Sequence record: NC_071007.1
Direction: 5' to 3' (one strand)
DNA length: 64,000 nt
Of this stretch, positions 7,912 to 18,347 are shown piece after piece; within the stretch, counting starts at the first letter, position 1, and every line of letters starts with the position of its first letter. The notes beneath the pieces are model-generated. The model saw only the letters and a list, made by a program, of their open reading frames with translations. It made no database searches and was not told where the DNA came from. The position numbers and the translations under genes are program-made.

Positions 7912-9390
7912 ATGTCTACTTTTAGTTATAATGTTAATAGTCGATTTGAGCACGTCCCATTAATATCTTTAGAGCAAGATTGGGCTGGTGACTATGACGA
8001 CTACCTTGAACTAAAACAACTTCAAGGAACTGAATCAATAAATAGTTTCTTTGAACCACAAATAAAATATAATCAATATGGTGGCATGGAATCTATTGAT
8101 TCGATGTTTGATGTGATTAGTGGTTTAGAAGCATTAACGGCTAATTTTGTTTATGATAGGGACGATGCCTGCCTCGATATCTTTAATGAATTAGTTGGTG
8201 ATAATTTAATCATTAACCCAAGATGGGTTTCTACACTACGTCGTTTTGTTTATGGTTTCTCAACTAAAGATAATGAACACACCGAATTTTTTGGTTCTCC
8301 TTATCTTGGGACACACCGTATTTTATTTAAAACGTCAGATCGTGTTACATTCTTTAATGATATTATTGATGTTGATGAAGTTAAGCTAAGAGATGAACTA
8401 ATTAAAACTCGTTGGATTAACAAAGACTTTAAAGTTTCTTCAGATGCCTTTAACTTGTCTATTGTTTATTTGATGTATCGGGTATTTAATTCAGATCTTT
8501 CTCACCAAATGAAAGAAGAGGCATTGATCAATTTAGTCATGCTTTTCCATTATCGTATTTTAACTTCCATCATGAACCATTATTTTGGGTATTTGGTAAA
8601 ACCCAGCGTGGCTCAAACAGCTTATAATAAATTAAGTTTAAAATTTGATATTAAGCGATATGGCAGTTGGAATGCTTTATTTAGAGCACGTGCTGAATTT
8701 ATCATTAATCCTAAAACAGGGATTCACTATGAAACGTTTACTAGGATGGAAAATGACAAGAAAATTGTCTACATGGTAAATGACATGGAATCTCGTTTAA
8801 AAGGAGTAATGAACGATTACACTAAAGTACTGTATGAAATAAAAGATTCTGTTGATCTAGTAGAAACTGATAGTGGCTTTGCTGTAATGGACGGCGAGAT
8901 TAATATTAAGGATGTCCAAAAACAAGTTAACAGATATCGTAACTATATTTCAGGTATTTTAGTTGATCGACACAGTTTTTTTAAACAAGAATTGGTAAGT
9001 TATGCAGCAAGGGCATTGGATGATACTCGTTCTGCTGGACAGTTTGAAGATAAGCTTATAAACATCATTAGGGAATTCCCTGCTCAATATAGCCATCCTA
9101 AGGGTGAAAAATATAAAGAGTTTATTGATGATGTTATAACTCATTTATTTGAATACATGGCCAGTAACAGTATTCGACACAATGACTTAAATAGTATCAT
9201 GTTTAAATTACGCGGTGCTTATGTCAGTAACAAATCCATTAACAAACTTGTTCTTAAATTGCGTAAAAATGGAGATGAAATCATTAAATCCATGACAGGG
9301 ATTAAAACGCAATTTACAGTGTCGCAATTAAGAACAGCATTAATGCTTTATGTTGTACTTAGAACACTGACAATGGACTATTACAAATAA
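7912..9390 (+). CDS. Probable virion head protein with N-terminal propeptide
   Basis: 492 aa, AAGGA RBS; three GxE(S/A) sites in the first ~75 aa, typical of prohead-protease substrates. Confidence 0.6.
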   Translation: MSTFSYNVNSRFEHVPLISLEQDWAGDYDDYLELKQLQGTESINSFFEPQIKYNQYGGMESIDSMFDVISGLEALTANFVYDRDDACLDIFNELVGDNLIINPRWVSTLRRFVYGFSTKDNEHTEFFGSPYLGTHRILFKTSDRVTFFNDIIDVDEVKLRDELIKTRWINKDFKVSSDAFNLSIVYLMYRVFNSDLSHQMKEEALINLVMLFHYRILTSIMNHYFGYLVKPSVAQTAYNKLSLKFDIKRYGSWNALFRARAEFIINPKTGIHYETFTRMENDKKIVYMVNDMESRLKGVMNDYTKVLYEIKDSVDLVETDSGFAVMDGEINIKDVQKQVNRYRNYISGILVDRHSFFKQELVSYAARALDDTRSAGQFEDKLINIIREFPAQYSHPKGEKYKEFIDDVITHLFEYMASNSIRHNDLNSIMFKLRGAYVSNKSINKLVLKLRKNGDEIIKSMTGIKTQFTVSQLRTALMLYVVLRTLTMDYYK

Positions 9391-9402
9391 AAAAGGAAAC
9401 TC

Positions 9403-10011
9403 ATGTATATTGTAATTGAAGGTATTGATTTTAGTGGAAAAAGCTCACTTGCAAAAATGATTGCTAAAGAGATAGCCGCACGTTTGACCATGGAGCCTTT
9501 TTGCGAGACAGAAGAGTCAAAAGCATTTAAAGCAAAATTGTGTAGTAACACAATGACTAAAGATGAAGAAATCCAAGGTTATGGTTTAGCGCGTATTGAG
9601 ACATTTAAAAATGTAATTGTTCCATGTAAAGAACAAGGACAGCACGTTATCAGCGACCGGAACTTTATCACTTCTATGGTCTACCAATCGGATGAAGAAT
9701 TTAGACCCAGTGATATTTTCGATTTTAATAGAAAATTGTTAAAATCCCAAGGGTATGAAATTCTTCCTGATCTGATCATCTTTATTGACATTACTCATGA
9801 TGAGTTTTTAACTCGTTTGGAAGATGCTCAAACTAATGGTCGTGAAGTAAATGCTAAAGACTTGATGTTTAAAGATTACAATGTTTTTCAATCTTATCGT
9901 TCTACTTATTTTAGAGTATTGGATTATCTTAGTGATAATTTTAATGTTCCAATTAAAGTGGTAACGTCAAAAGAAAATACATTTGAACACTTTAAAGATT
10001 TTATCGAATAA
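9403..10011 (+). CDS. tmk: Thymidylate kinase
   Basis: IVIEGIDFSGKSS P-loop, ISDRNF..S.VYQ, PDLIIFID. Confidence 0.9.
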   Translation: MYIVIEGIDFSGKSSLAKMIAKEIAARLTMEPFCETEESKAFKAKLCSNTMTKDEEIQGYGLARIETFKNVIVPCKEQGQHVISDRNFITSMVYQSDEEFRPSDIFDFNRKLLKSQGYEILPDLIIFIDITHDEFLTRLEDAQTNGREVNAKDLMFKDYNVFQSYRSTYFRVLDYLSDNFNVPIKVVTSKENTFEHFKDFIE

Positions 10012-10026
10012 AAAATAAATATATTA

Positions 10027-10057
10027 GTTCTCTACTCCTCAATGAGGAGTAGAGAAC
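10027..10057. terminator. Bidirectional terminator between convergent genes
   Basis: 14-bp perfect stem, loop AAT; 27-bp core is the exact reverse complement of 10777-10803. Confidence 0.8.
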
Positions 10058-10062
10058 TTTAC

Positions 10063-10698
10063 TTAGTTAATTAAATATTTAACTTTATCCATCAAACTAA
10101 AAATATCATCATAGGTTTCCTGATTCATCCTACATGGATAAGATAATATTTCTTTATAAACCACCACCCTACTATCAAACGGTTTAATTTTATTTTTACC
10201 GCCAAATGGATTATCATCTACTAAAACAATTTTAGAACCTGGATACATTCTATCTAAGTAGTTCAGTTTACTATTGTTGATAACACAATCAATAGAATGG
10301 ATCATGTCAAACAACGTTTCTAATTCATACTTTTTCAAATAGTTATAAGTACTCATCCAAGCATCAATATTATCACCCCTATGAGTACAAATTACTATTT
10401 TTAATTCCCCTTTAAATTGTTGTTTAAAATCAAACAAATATTTCTTAATGTCAAACAACAAATCTGTCGGTTCTGATGTATCCATATAGACGCGTTTTTC
10501 AATTACTTCTCTTTCAATAATTTCTTTTACATTTTTATTAAAATCACCAAATGAAAGATGCTCATGTTCTTTTATATAAACTGCTTCATCAACTAATAAA
10601 TTCCTAAGACAAAAATCTAATGCTCTTTTTTGGACTTCTTTATTAGTATTAGTTAAAGTATCATCCATATCAAAAGCAAGAATAACTTGTTCTTTCAT
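10063..10698 (-). CDS. HAD-superfamily phosphatase (deoxyribonucleotidase-like)
   Basis: Motif I AFDMDDTL, motif II ICTHRG, motif IV LVDDNP. Confidence 0.8.
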   Translation of the reverse strand: MKEQVILAFDMDDTLTNTNKEVQKRALDFCLRNLLVDEAVYIKEHEHLSFGDFNKNVKEIIEREVIEKRVYMDTSEPTDLLFDIKKYLFDFKQQFKGELKIVICTHRGDNIDAWMSTYNYLKKYELETLFDMIHSIDCVINNSKLNYLDRMYPGSKIVLVDDNPFGGKNKIKPFDSRVVVYKEILSYPCRMNQETYDDIFSLMDKVKYLIN

Positions 10699-10734
10699 TT
10701 TGCCTTCCCTTTAATTAAAAATAAATTATCTAAT

Positions 10735-10767
10735 CACACAGTGATAATATCTATTTGAATTTTTATG
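10735..10767 (-). promoter_or_regulatory. Extended phage promoter motif AAAAATTCAAATAGATATTATCAC
   Basis: 33-bp exact copy at 54883-54915; related copies at 4974, 29632, 30837, 31916, all intergenic and upstream of minus-strand genes. Confidence 0.7.
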
Positions 10768-10773
10768 TATGTT

Positions 10774-10806
10774 AACTCTCTACTCCTCATTGAGGAGTAG
10801 AGAGTT
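10774..10806 (-). terminator. Terminator of the tailspike gene
   Basis: 15-bp perfect stem, loop ATT. Confidence 0.75.
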
Positions 10807-10822
10807 TTATTTATTTTTTTTG

Positions 10823-13021
10823 TTACCCAGTAACAAAAACCTCAGATTTAATTATAGTTATTCCATCGCCAGCACCTGCTAGAGTAATATCAATAGAAGT
10901 TTCAACTACATTATCTACTGATAAAACGCCAGCACCACCAACAACTCTTGGTGTATTAAAACCTTGAAGTAATGTTCCATACGCGCGCCAACCACCCTGA
11001 ACTTCGTAAAATTCAACATCTAATATAAAACTTACGTTTGTTCCAGCAGCAGGGACTACGGCATTAACGCTGATATTACCTAAATTAATTTTTATTGCAC
11101 TACCAGCAGTTATAGTGGCGATGGATCCCATTAGTTTAACTCTAACATTTTTATGATAGCCCTTAAGTCGGCCAGCTGTAAATGTATAAATTAAACTATT
11201 TACAGTTTGTGTTCCAGAAACAGGGAGAGGAACTCTGACGGAACCAACCCTAACCTCAGTATAAGAGTTTGAAAGTTCATCTATGTTACCAGAATACGCT
11301 TGGTAATCTACGTCTATATTGTTAGCTAAAGCTGTCCCAGTGTTAAAATTACATTTTGAATAAGGATTATCACCAAAGAGTCCGCCGACAGCGGTTCTTA
11401 CTGCAATGTTATTTTTTCTAAAATCACAGCTTACGGCATCGACCCTAGAGTTTGCACCTATCATCAACCCGATAGCATTATTCTCAAAAATTAAATAGTC
11501 AGCGTGACCATCGCTTTCACGAACAAAGTAAACCCCAGATTCAGTGCAATTTTTTACTATTGGTGCCGTCGAAATATCTTTAGAACCATAACCTAATGAA
11601 AGTTTAGCCATGTCAGAAACAACACCGTTTCTGCAATTGTCTAGAATCCCACCTTTTTGTCTTATTGCCGATCTTCTAGAAGCATAGATTCCAAACCAGC
11701 TTGCGTTAGTAACATGAACGTTGTCCGTGAAAACATCCGCGCCTTCATCTATTAACAATGCACCACGAGTTCTACCTGATGGATCGCCATTAAAGTCAAC
11801 AAATTTTATATCCTTCAGTGTTACCTTTAACCCAAACCCAATGATTCCTATCCCATGTTGATAATCGGGTGCAACTGCTGGAGCAGTAAATTTACCATTT
11901 ATTATTGCTGTCGGAACATTAGGATGACCTCCTACATCAGGACCCTTTATTATTATTCTGTTTTCTGTTTGAAGATAGTCTAAATATTGATAGCCAGAAG
12001 TACTAAAATTATAAAGACCACTAGCGACGTTTAATGTCCAAACCCCTTTTAAAATGGGGCCGTAGTTTCTTATTGCATCAAATGCAGCTGAAAAATTATT
12101 AAATGGTTTATCGACTGTTAGTCCGTCATTGGTACTTGATCCACCAACACCGCCAACATAAAGATCATTTTTATCTAAAGAAGTTGGTGTAACTTTAAAT
12201 ATTTTTCCAGCCCGTTTTATCCCACCAGGACCAATGTGTCTCACTTTATGAAAATTGGGAATACTGTCTTGGACTTCATAAACATCAGGCCAGTAAAGAT
12301 ACTTATTTAATTCCAAAGCTGCATTAATAGCAAGTATTATGGCGGTATCGTTATTGTTTTTTGAAACTTTAGCGCCACCGTTAAATAATGGAGACGAAAC
12401 AAAAATTTCTAATCCATTAATAAAACTGGCCCCGCCCTCCTCTCCCAATAAATCAAGAACAGGCTTATTAAATTTAACTTCCCAACTAGAAGATGGAACT
12501 GTATTTTCATTAACTATGTACGGATAAGTACCATTAATTAAACCGTATACAAGACCAGTACTTTCCTTTAATAAAACATCTTTATTGGATGTTAAGACAC
12601 CACCTTCTTCAAAAGAGCCATCAACCAAATTTAAATGTGATTCTGCAAGAATTCTTTTTAAGGCTTCTCTATTTTGATTTTTAAGGACTAATGTTCTATT
12701 AGCAAGTGCCTTAGCCTGTTTATTTAATGGACCTAGTGGACCACCTAGCTCTTCAGAATCATTAGCTGGAATCGCCCCCCAATTGGCCGCCTCATCCAAT
12801 ATTCCACCAAAGCTTTTAATGTCGCTAGATAGTCCTTCAATCTTTTTTGTCAAACCTGCAATACTAACTCGTTTCTTATTAAAACGATCATAATAGGAAT
12901 CGGCATCTCCATTAATAAGGAAATCCAAATTTCTGGCGTTATCTTGTAAATCCCGTAAGTCTATTGACCCTATGGGATTACCTGTATTGTTGGCCATTCT
13001 CATACCTCTAAAGTCGGTCAA
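10823..13021 (-). CDS. Tailspike / depolymerase-like receptor-binding protein (likely start MANNTG at 12997)
   Basis: N-terminal TGNPIGS.DLRDLQDNA.NLD and REAL...NLVDGSFEEGG anchor motifs; Gly/Asn-rich central repeats typical of a right-handed beta-helix. Confidence 0.7.
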   Translation of the reverse strand: MTDFRGMRMANNTGNPIGSIDLRDLQDNARNLDFLINGDADSYYDRFNKKRVSIAGLTKKIEGLSSDIKSFGGILDEAANWGAIPANDSEELGGPLGPLNKQAKALANRTLVLKNQNREALKRILAESHLNLVDGSFEEGGVLTSNKDVLLKESTGLVYGLINGTYPYIVNENTVPSSSWEVKFNKPVLDLLGEEGGASFINGLEIFVSSPLFNGGAKVSKNNNDTAIILAINAALELNKYLYWPDVYEVQDSIPNFHKVRHIGPGGIKRAGKIFKVTPTSLDKNDLYVGGVGGSSTNDGLTVDKPFNNFSAAFDAIRNYGPILKGVWTLNVASGLYNFSTSGYQYLDYLQTENRIIIKGPDVGGHPNVPTAIINGKFTAPAVAPDYQHGIGIIGFGLKVTLKDIKFVDFNGDPSGRTRGALLIDEGADVFTDNVHVTNASWFGIYASRRSAIRQKGGILDNCRNGVVSDMAKLSLGYGSKDISTAPIVKNCTESGVYFVRESDGHADYLIFENNAIGLMIGANSRVDAVSCDFRKNNIAVRTAVGGLFGDNPYSKCNFNTGTALANNIDVDYQAYSGNIDELSNSYTEVRVGSVRVPLPVSGTQTVNSLIYTFTAGRLKGYHKNVRVKLMGSIATITAGSAIKINLGNISVNAVVPAAGTNVSFILDVEFYEVQGGWRAYGTLLQGFNTPRVVGGAGVLSVDNVVETSIDITLAGAGDGITIIKSEVFVTG

Positions 13022-13106
13022 AAAGATAATAGTCCTCGGCGTATAAAAATACCCTCATAGGATGACCCCTCCCCAGCCTAAGCTAGAGAGGGGTCAAGTT
13101 TATGTT

Positions 13107-16100
13107 TTAACGATAAACAAGTCGATTAAAACGATTATTACTACGTTGTTTACTTCTTTCCAAATGAGCATTAGCAATGATCTCATCCACGGTCACTGTC
13201 TTGCGAAGTTCCTTAGGAATATAATCACCTAGCTTTTTAATCTCCATTTCAATCCGTTCTGCTAACATATCGTTTTCGGTATTTTCAAGTTCTTTTCGCA
13301 ACTCTTCAATACGTTCTTTAATTCGGATAAACAATTCCATTTGATCTTTAGTATAATGGGGTTTATCAGGATCTTCCATCAACGTTTTCACCTCCGTCAA
13401 TGTATGTCCTTGCGGTATCCCATACAGGGTTTTATTATATCCTAACTTAATAAACCAATAGGTTAACAACCAGGCAATAACCAAGTCATCATGACCCTTT
13501 GAGGAGTGATCAATGCGACCGTCGTTATCTTTTTCCAAACGAATCAATTCATCAATTAAATGGTTATATCGAATACCAGAACCAGTGACACTCACTGCTT
13601 CTAAAATAAAGTTATACATTTGGCCGCGGGTAGTTGAGTTAGTCTGAAAACCAAATCTACCTTTGTATTTTAAATAGAACTCTTTTGTTCTAAAATTAAA
13701 GTGAACTTCATGTATATCTTTATATTCATTTTTGTATTTAACCGGATCTTGATAGATATCATTAAAGATACGTTTGAATGGGTCAATCCCTAGAGAAGGC
13801 AATGTCAACAACAATGTATCGATCATGTGTGCCGCTCTATTTCGTTCAATGATTAACAAACTGTTTTCCATCCGAGTTAACAGATTTAATAACACTTTTG
13901 TGACATCATCCAAGAACGCCAATGGATAACGACCAACCCCTAAGTTCTCACCTGTCTTTAAACGACGTATAACAACCGTACATGCATCTCTGTCAATAGC
14001 ATCTGACGTATCCACACCTAACAACAAGAATTCACTAGGATCGTTTATATACTCGTTTAATTTACTTTCAGTTATAAACCAATCCATGAATAGTCCAGTT
14101 TCCCCAATCTCCTCGTTCCAAATTGGTTCCGCTTTCCCATTTGCTAAAAATTCCCTTGTCTTATCATCAAAGACTTTCCGAACTCCCTCCTCTGTCCACA
14201 TCATCAATAAGTCAATCTTTGCTTTACCCAAGCTAAGACCTAACTTATCCATTGTCTCTTTTACCCAGTCTTTACCAAAACCTAATTGTAAATGGTTAAA
14301 CTGCATACAGATTTTAGGAGATGTGGTGCTAACAGGTGATGCCTTTATTACACGTTGAACTAAATGACTTTCTGAATAACTATCAAAGAAAACTTCACGC
14401 CACTCAGTACTTTTCATCATCTCATCATACATGTACTTTCCTTCCTCTTTTAAAATAGAGTTAGGTGTTGTTGCTTTTGCTGTATAATAAGGGATGCCTT
14501 TTTCCCGAGCATTCTTTTGAGCAGTCAGTGTACTAGGACCTGCGCCGTTCAAAATGTTTTCAATGTATTTCATCCATGCTGGTTCATCGACACTCAATGA
14601 CTCAAACGTACTACCACGAGAAACGTTTTCAGCGCCATCTTCACCGCCACTTGGAACACGAACTTCAAAGGTATTTTTCTCACTTTCACCAAATGCTTGA
14701 TAAGTAAGAATGTTACCAGCATCATTATCCTTGTAAGTCATGTTGATCAAGTATTCTGGAACACCAGAACGAATTTTCTTAATCGCGTTGACAAACTGCA
14801 TACGGTTAGAAGCCGCAAGTGTAATTAAACCAGCTCGGAAACCGCGTCCAATCAAGTACTGCATAATGAACGCCATTACTTGCATCCCAACAGTATTGTG
14901 AGTAACAACGTAATTGTCTAATACGTATAGTGAATCAGGATGATCAATCTCCAAACAAACCGTTTCTTTTTGATCCGGAAGTTTTTCCACATTGTAAATA
15001 GCAAGCTTGCTATTGAATTTAGTCCCTCTAGTGCAGTCTTTCACCCGGCTAATACGCTTAGGGTCTCTAAACAACAACCAGGGCTCTTTACTGCGAATAT
15101 TTACCCTATAAGCTTTTGCACCAATTCGAGTTTCACCCTTATAAGTATACTTAGGTTCATCCCTAGTGGTGATGTTGCAAATGTGACCTAAACTCCAAGC
15201 AAGTTTCTGAACATCTTTAGCCAACTGCTCACTACTTGTAGAATAATAGGTATTGCCTTTTTTCTCTGCCGTTCCATCAGTATCCATTAAACCTTGAAGT
15301 AATGCTAAACGCTGAGCATGACTGGCATTAAAATATGGTTCAGGAATAAACTTTTGAAAAGCATTTTTTCCAAATAGTCCTAAGCGTTCTAATCTAGTTC
15401 TTATTGTAACATGTTTAGAAGAATCAAAGTCCTCTGTTCTAACAATAGTTCTTCTACCGCTCTCATAAGTGACACCAAATTTAGAACCTGGAGGTAAAAG
15501 TTTTTCTACTCTATCATGAAGTTCATTATCAGGTTTAAAATACCCAACACTTGTATCAGTAAACGACCCGTCACCAATAAGAACCCCTAACAAATAAGGA
15601 TGTAGATGGAGTTTTGCATGTACTGTCGCTTTATCAGGTAACACCAGGGGAATTGATAAATGATTTTTAGCATATTTCAATTCCTCCATGCGGTTAATAA
15701 TTTCAACAGTATCAAGTGTTCTCCATTTCCCACGACGTCCCTTTCCCGCATCCCAAACCGTCCAGAGATGTGTGTCATCAACATCTACCGTTCTGCCATC
15801 TACAAAAGTAAAACGATAAATATCTTTTTTACCTTGTTCATGTATTCCAATTAGAGGTGCAGCTGTCCCGTCCCATGCCATTAGCATGTCACCTATTTGT
15901 AAATCCTCTATTTTCTTTCTACCACCAGGTATTCTGACGTAACTATCTTTAAGTGTCCCTTTTCCCGATTGTCTAGGCATGAGTATTAAAGTATTTAAAT
16001 GGTTTAAACAAGACCAAATAAATGAGATAACTGCCCTATTAGCCCTAAACCTTCGTCCATCGATTTTAATGATTTCACGAACACAATACCAAATGTTCTG

Positions 16101-16559
16101 GTTACATTCTACCAGTATCATGGATTTTTGTTCATCGGTAAGATTTGGATCCCAAGGATCAACATTGGCAAGTAACGGGTTATTCAATTGCAAATGGAAA
16201 TAGTAGTTCTTAATCCCCATTTGTCGAAACAGTTCGGCTGTACGTAAGAAACTACGGTTACTGGTTTCTTTATGAATACCAGCACCAAATCGAGAAAAGT
16301 CTTTTAAGAATCGAACTGTTTTAAGTGTCCAGAGAGACTCTTCTTCATAATGAGCCAAAATGCGATCATCTTCATTTTCTAAGAAATGACGTTTGTTTTT
16401 GTCATCCATTAGAAAATCGGGTAATTTGGTATAATCCAAATTTAGATGTTTTAATATTGTCTTTGCAATATTAAGTTTATGTTCATCTTGCACGACATAT
16501 TCCTTTTTAACATAATAGTTCCAGATAATTGCCGAGACAGTCTGAAAAATTAAGAACAT
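13107..16559 (-). CDS. terL: Terminase large subunit (phiKZ gp25-like) containing an intein
   Basis: Walker A MPRQSGK/T rebuilt after intein removal, Walker B SVDE, nuclease LLGVD and HDDLVIA motifs; synteny. Confidence 0.9.
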   Translation of the reverse strand: MFLIFQTVSAIIWNYYVKKEYVVQDEHKLNIAKTILKHLNLDYTKLPDFLMDDKNKRHFLENEDDRILAHYEEESLWTLKTVRFLKDFSRFGAGIHKETSNRSFLRTAELFRQMGIKNYYFHLQLNNPLLANVDPWDPNLTDEQKSMILVECNQNIWYCVREIIKIDGRRFRANRAVISFIWSCLNHLNTLILMPRQSGKGTLKDSYVRIPGGRKKIEDLQIGDMLMAWDGTAAPLIGIHEQGKKDIYRFTFVDGRTVDVDDTHLWTVWDAGKGRRGKWRTLDTVEIINRMEELKYAKNHLSIPLVLPDKATVHAKLHLHPYLLGVLIGDGSFTDTSVGYFKPDNELHDRVEKLLPPGSKFGVTYESGRRTIVRTEDFDSSKHVTIRTRLERLGLFGKNAFQKFIPEPYFNASHAQRLALLQGLMDTDGTAEKKGNTYYSTSSEQLAKDVQKLAWSLGHICNITTRDEPKYTYKGETRIGAKAYRVNIRSKEPWLLFRDPKRISRVKDCTRGTKFNSKLAIYNVEKLPDQKETVCLEIDHPDSLYVLDNYVVTHNTVGMQVMAFIMQYLIGRGFRAGLITLAASNRMQFVNAIKKIRSGVPEYLINMTYKDNDAGNILTYQAFGESEKNTFEVRVPSGGEDGAENVSRGSTFESLSVDEPAWMKYIENILNGAGPSTLTAQKNAREKGIPYYTAKATTPNSILKEEGKYMYDEMMKSTEWREVFFDSYSESHLVQRVIKASPVSTTSPKICMQFNHLQLGFGKDWVKETMDKLGLSLGKAKIDLLMMWTEEGVRKVFDDKTREFLANGKAEPIWNEEIGETGLFMDWFITESKLNEYINDPSEFLLLGVDTSDAIDRDACTVVIRRLKTGENLGVGRYPLAFLDDVTKVLLNLLTRMENSLLIIERNRAAHMIDTLLLTLPSLGIDPFKRIFNDIYQDPVKYKNEYKDIHEVHFNFRTKEFYLKYKGRFGFQTNSTTRGQMYNFILEAVSVTGSGIRYNHLIDELIRLEKDNDGRIDHSSKGHDDLVIAWLLTYWFIKLGYNKTLYGIPQGHTLTEVKTLMEDPDKPHYTKDQMELFIRIKERIEELRKELENTENDMLAERIEMEIKKLGDYIPKELRKTVTVDEIIANAHLERSKQRSNNRFNRLVYR
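14895..15959 (-). mobile_element. Class 3 intein with LAGLIDADG endonuclease (355 aa), Gly at position 1
   Basis: Inserted between K and T of GKT; block B DDTHLW, block F VCLEID, block G VVTHN/T; endonuclease blocks YLLGVLIGDG and LQGLMDTDG. Confidence 0.92.
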
Positions 16560-16565
16560 AATAAG

Positions 16566-16597
16566 TTGACTCTAGACCCGTTAAGGTCTAGAGTCAA
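16566..16597. terminator. Hairpin directly upstream of the terminase start
   Basis: 13-bp perfect stem TTGACTCTAGACC/GGTCTAGAGTCAA. Confidence 0.55.
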
Positions 16598-16610
16598 TGT
16601 TAACTTAATG

Positions 16611-18347
16611 TTAAATTGTTACACGTTTACAAACACCAGCAGAAACACCCAACTGAAGTTCATTACCATTTGCTTCTCGTTTAACCCAGCGGATATAGAC
16701 ACCTTCACCATTAACCAGTGCAAAATCACTAATAGGAAGGTTATTATAATCCGCCACCGGAATACCTGTTCGGGCAGTGTTATTTGTCCGAAGGATATCA
16801 AAGTGTGTAGGAACAGGAGGATTCACTTCTGTCCTTGGATCATACATGGGTTCAAAAGCATAATACGCTTTTGCTAAGAACTCTTCTACACTTGCATAGG
16901 TAGCAAATTTCCCAGAAGTAATTCCGCCAACGCCAGTATTAAATTCCAGGTTCAACGCAGAGAAGGCAGGTTTACCGTAAGAATGTCGAACATCCCATTT
17001 ACGACCTTCAGCAGTCCCGTTATTATAAAGTGTAATGGAAGATTCTTGGGTAAAGGTCCAAGGAAGGTAACTTGCGTTAACATCACGTAGATTCAGATTA
17101 AAAATAAGGTTTTGTTCTGAACCATATCGGGAACCATCAAAGGCTGGTGAGGTTTCATTCAATGTTACTGCACTTGTTACTTCACGACAGAAACGACGAT
17201 CCAAGTCGGTCAAGTAATGACGAAGCACCCAACCAAGTGACGGATCCCAGTAAGGATATGTATATAGTCTTGGCGAGTAAGCACCTTCTGCAGGAGTCGC
17301 GACAATTGTGTATTGTTCCGACATATGACGCGGTGCCCCAGGTTGAACAATATAAGCTTGTTCATGTTCTTTAAATGCATAGGTCAAGACTAATGCATCT
17401 GAAGTTTGCCCAGGAACAGTTGGTTTGTATTGGTCAATACCAATCAGAGTAAATCCATTGTTTCCATTAAAGGTATTTACTGGAAGCTCTTCAGAACTAG
17501 TACCATCGGAATAATGAACTCTTGCTCCAAACTGAATTGTTTTCAACGCAGTGTTGATAGGAATAAACAATGTCTTTGGCGCAGTAGAATTAGTAAACCA
17601 AGGACTAATCAGTTCAATAGATTTAATGTATCGTTTACCAAGCTGATGATCACGCAGATAAGCACAATGTTGAGCAGCTAAGAAATAGACCGGAGGGATA
17701 GGTCGACCATTAACGTCATAATAGACTAATGCAGCCCTGGAACCATTAGGGAATTCATTTTCATTAATGTTAATTGAAAATGTATCCGCGCCCATTACAG
17801 TACGATTTTCTAGGTTATCATAAACAACTGGAGAAACTGAAATAATGTTATCTTCAAGTTCCTGACCAGAATACCGTGCTGAAATAACTTGACCTTTATC
17901 GCCAACAACACTTCCTTTATAGAGAATAGCATAAGCTGCATCAGGAGCGACTGCATTACTATCAACGCGAGCTACCGGCGGGCGGACACTATAATCTACG
18001 GCGAGTGCTAACTCGCCTTGCAGAAAACCATATTCATGCTGGGGAAAAAGATCGTAATCATTACCTGTGTCATTTTCAATGGGTGACCAGGGTTCTAACG
18101 TAGTTTTCCAAGTTCCGTATTTATCGACATGAGCTACTTGATATACTTGACGGTTTACCACATCAAATACTAATTCACCTTCATTAGGAACAACGTATTT
18201 AGCAATGTCCTTAATGTCGTGAATATCAGGATTGAAAATATTGTCAATATAGTGGATGTTTTTCCGAATGACGTTATTTTGATCCTGAATGTTTGCAGCA
18301 GCCAACGGACTTGATAAAGAAGTTGCCAAGGGTTGGTTATCAAACAT
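16611..18347 (-). CDS. Virion structural protein (phiKZ gp26-like)
   Basis: 578 aa, syntenic between terminase and gp27-like gene. Confidence 0.7.
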   Translation of the reverse strand: MFDNQPLATSLSSPLAAANIQDQNNVIRKNIHYIDNIFNPDIHDIKDIAKYVVPNEGELVFDVVNRQVYQVAHVDKYGTWKTTLEPWSPIENDTGNDYDLFPQHEYGFLQGELALAVDYSVRPPVARVDSNAVAPDAAYAILYKGSVVGDKGQVISARYSGQELEDNIISVSPVVYDNLENRTVMGADTFSININENEFPNGSRAALVYYDVNGRPIPPVYFLAAQHCAYLRDHQLGKRYIKSIELISPWFTNSTAPKTLFIPINTALKTIQFGARVHYSDGTSSEELPVNTFNGNNGFTLIGIDQYKPTVPGQTSDALVLTYAFKEHEQAYIVQPGAPRHMSEQYTIVATPAEGAYSPRLYTYPYWDPSLGWVLRHYLTDLDRRFCREVTSAVTLNETSPAFDGSRYGSEQNLIFNLNLRDVNASYLPWTFTQESSITLYNNGTAEGRKWDVRHSYGKPAFSALNLEFNTGVGGITSGKFATYASVEEFLAKAYYAFEPMYDPRTEVNPPVPTHFDILRTNNTARTGIPVADYNNLPISDFALVNGEGVYIRWVKREANGNELQLGVSAGVCKRVTI

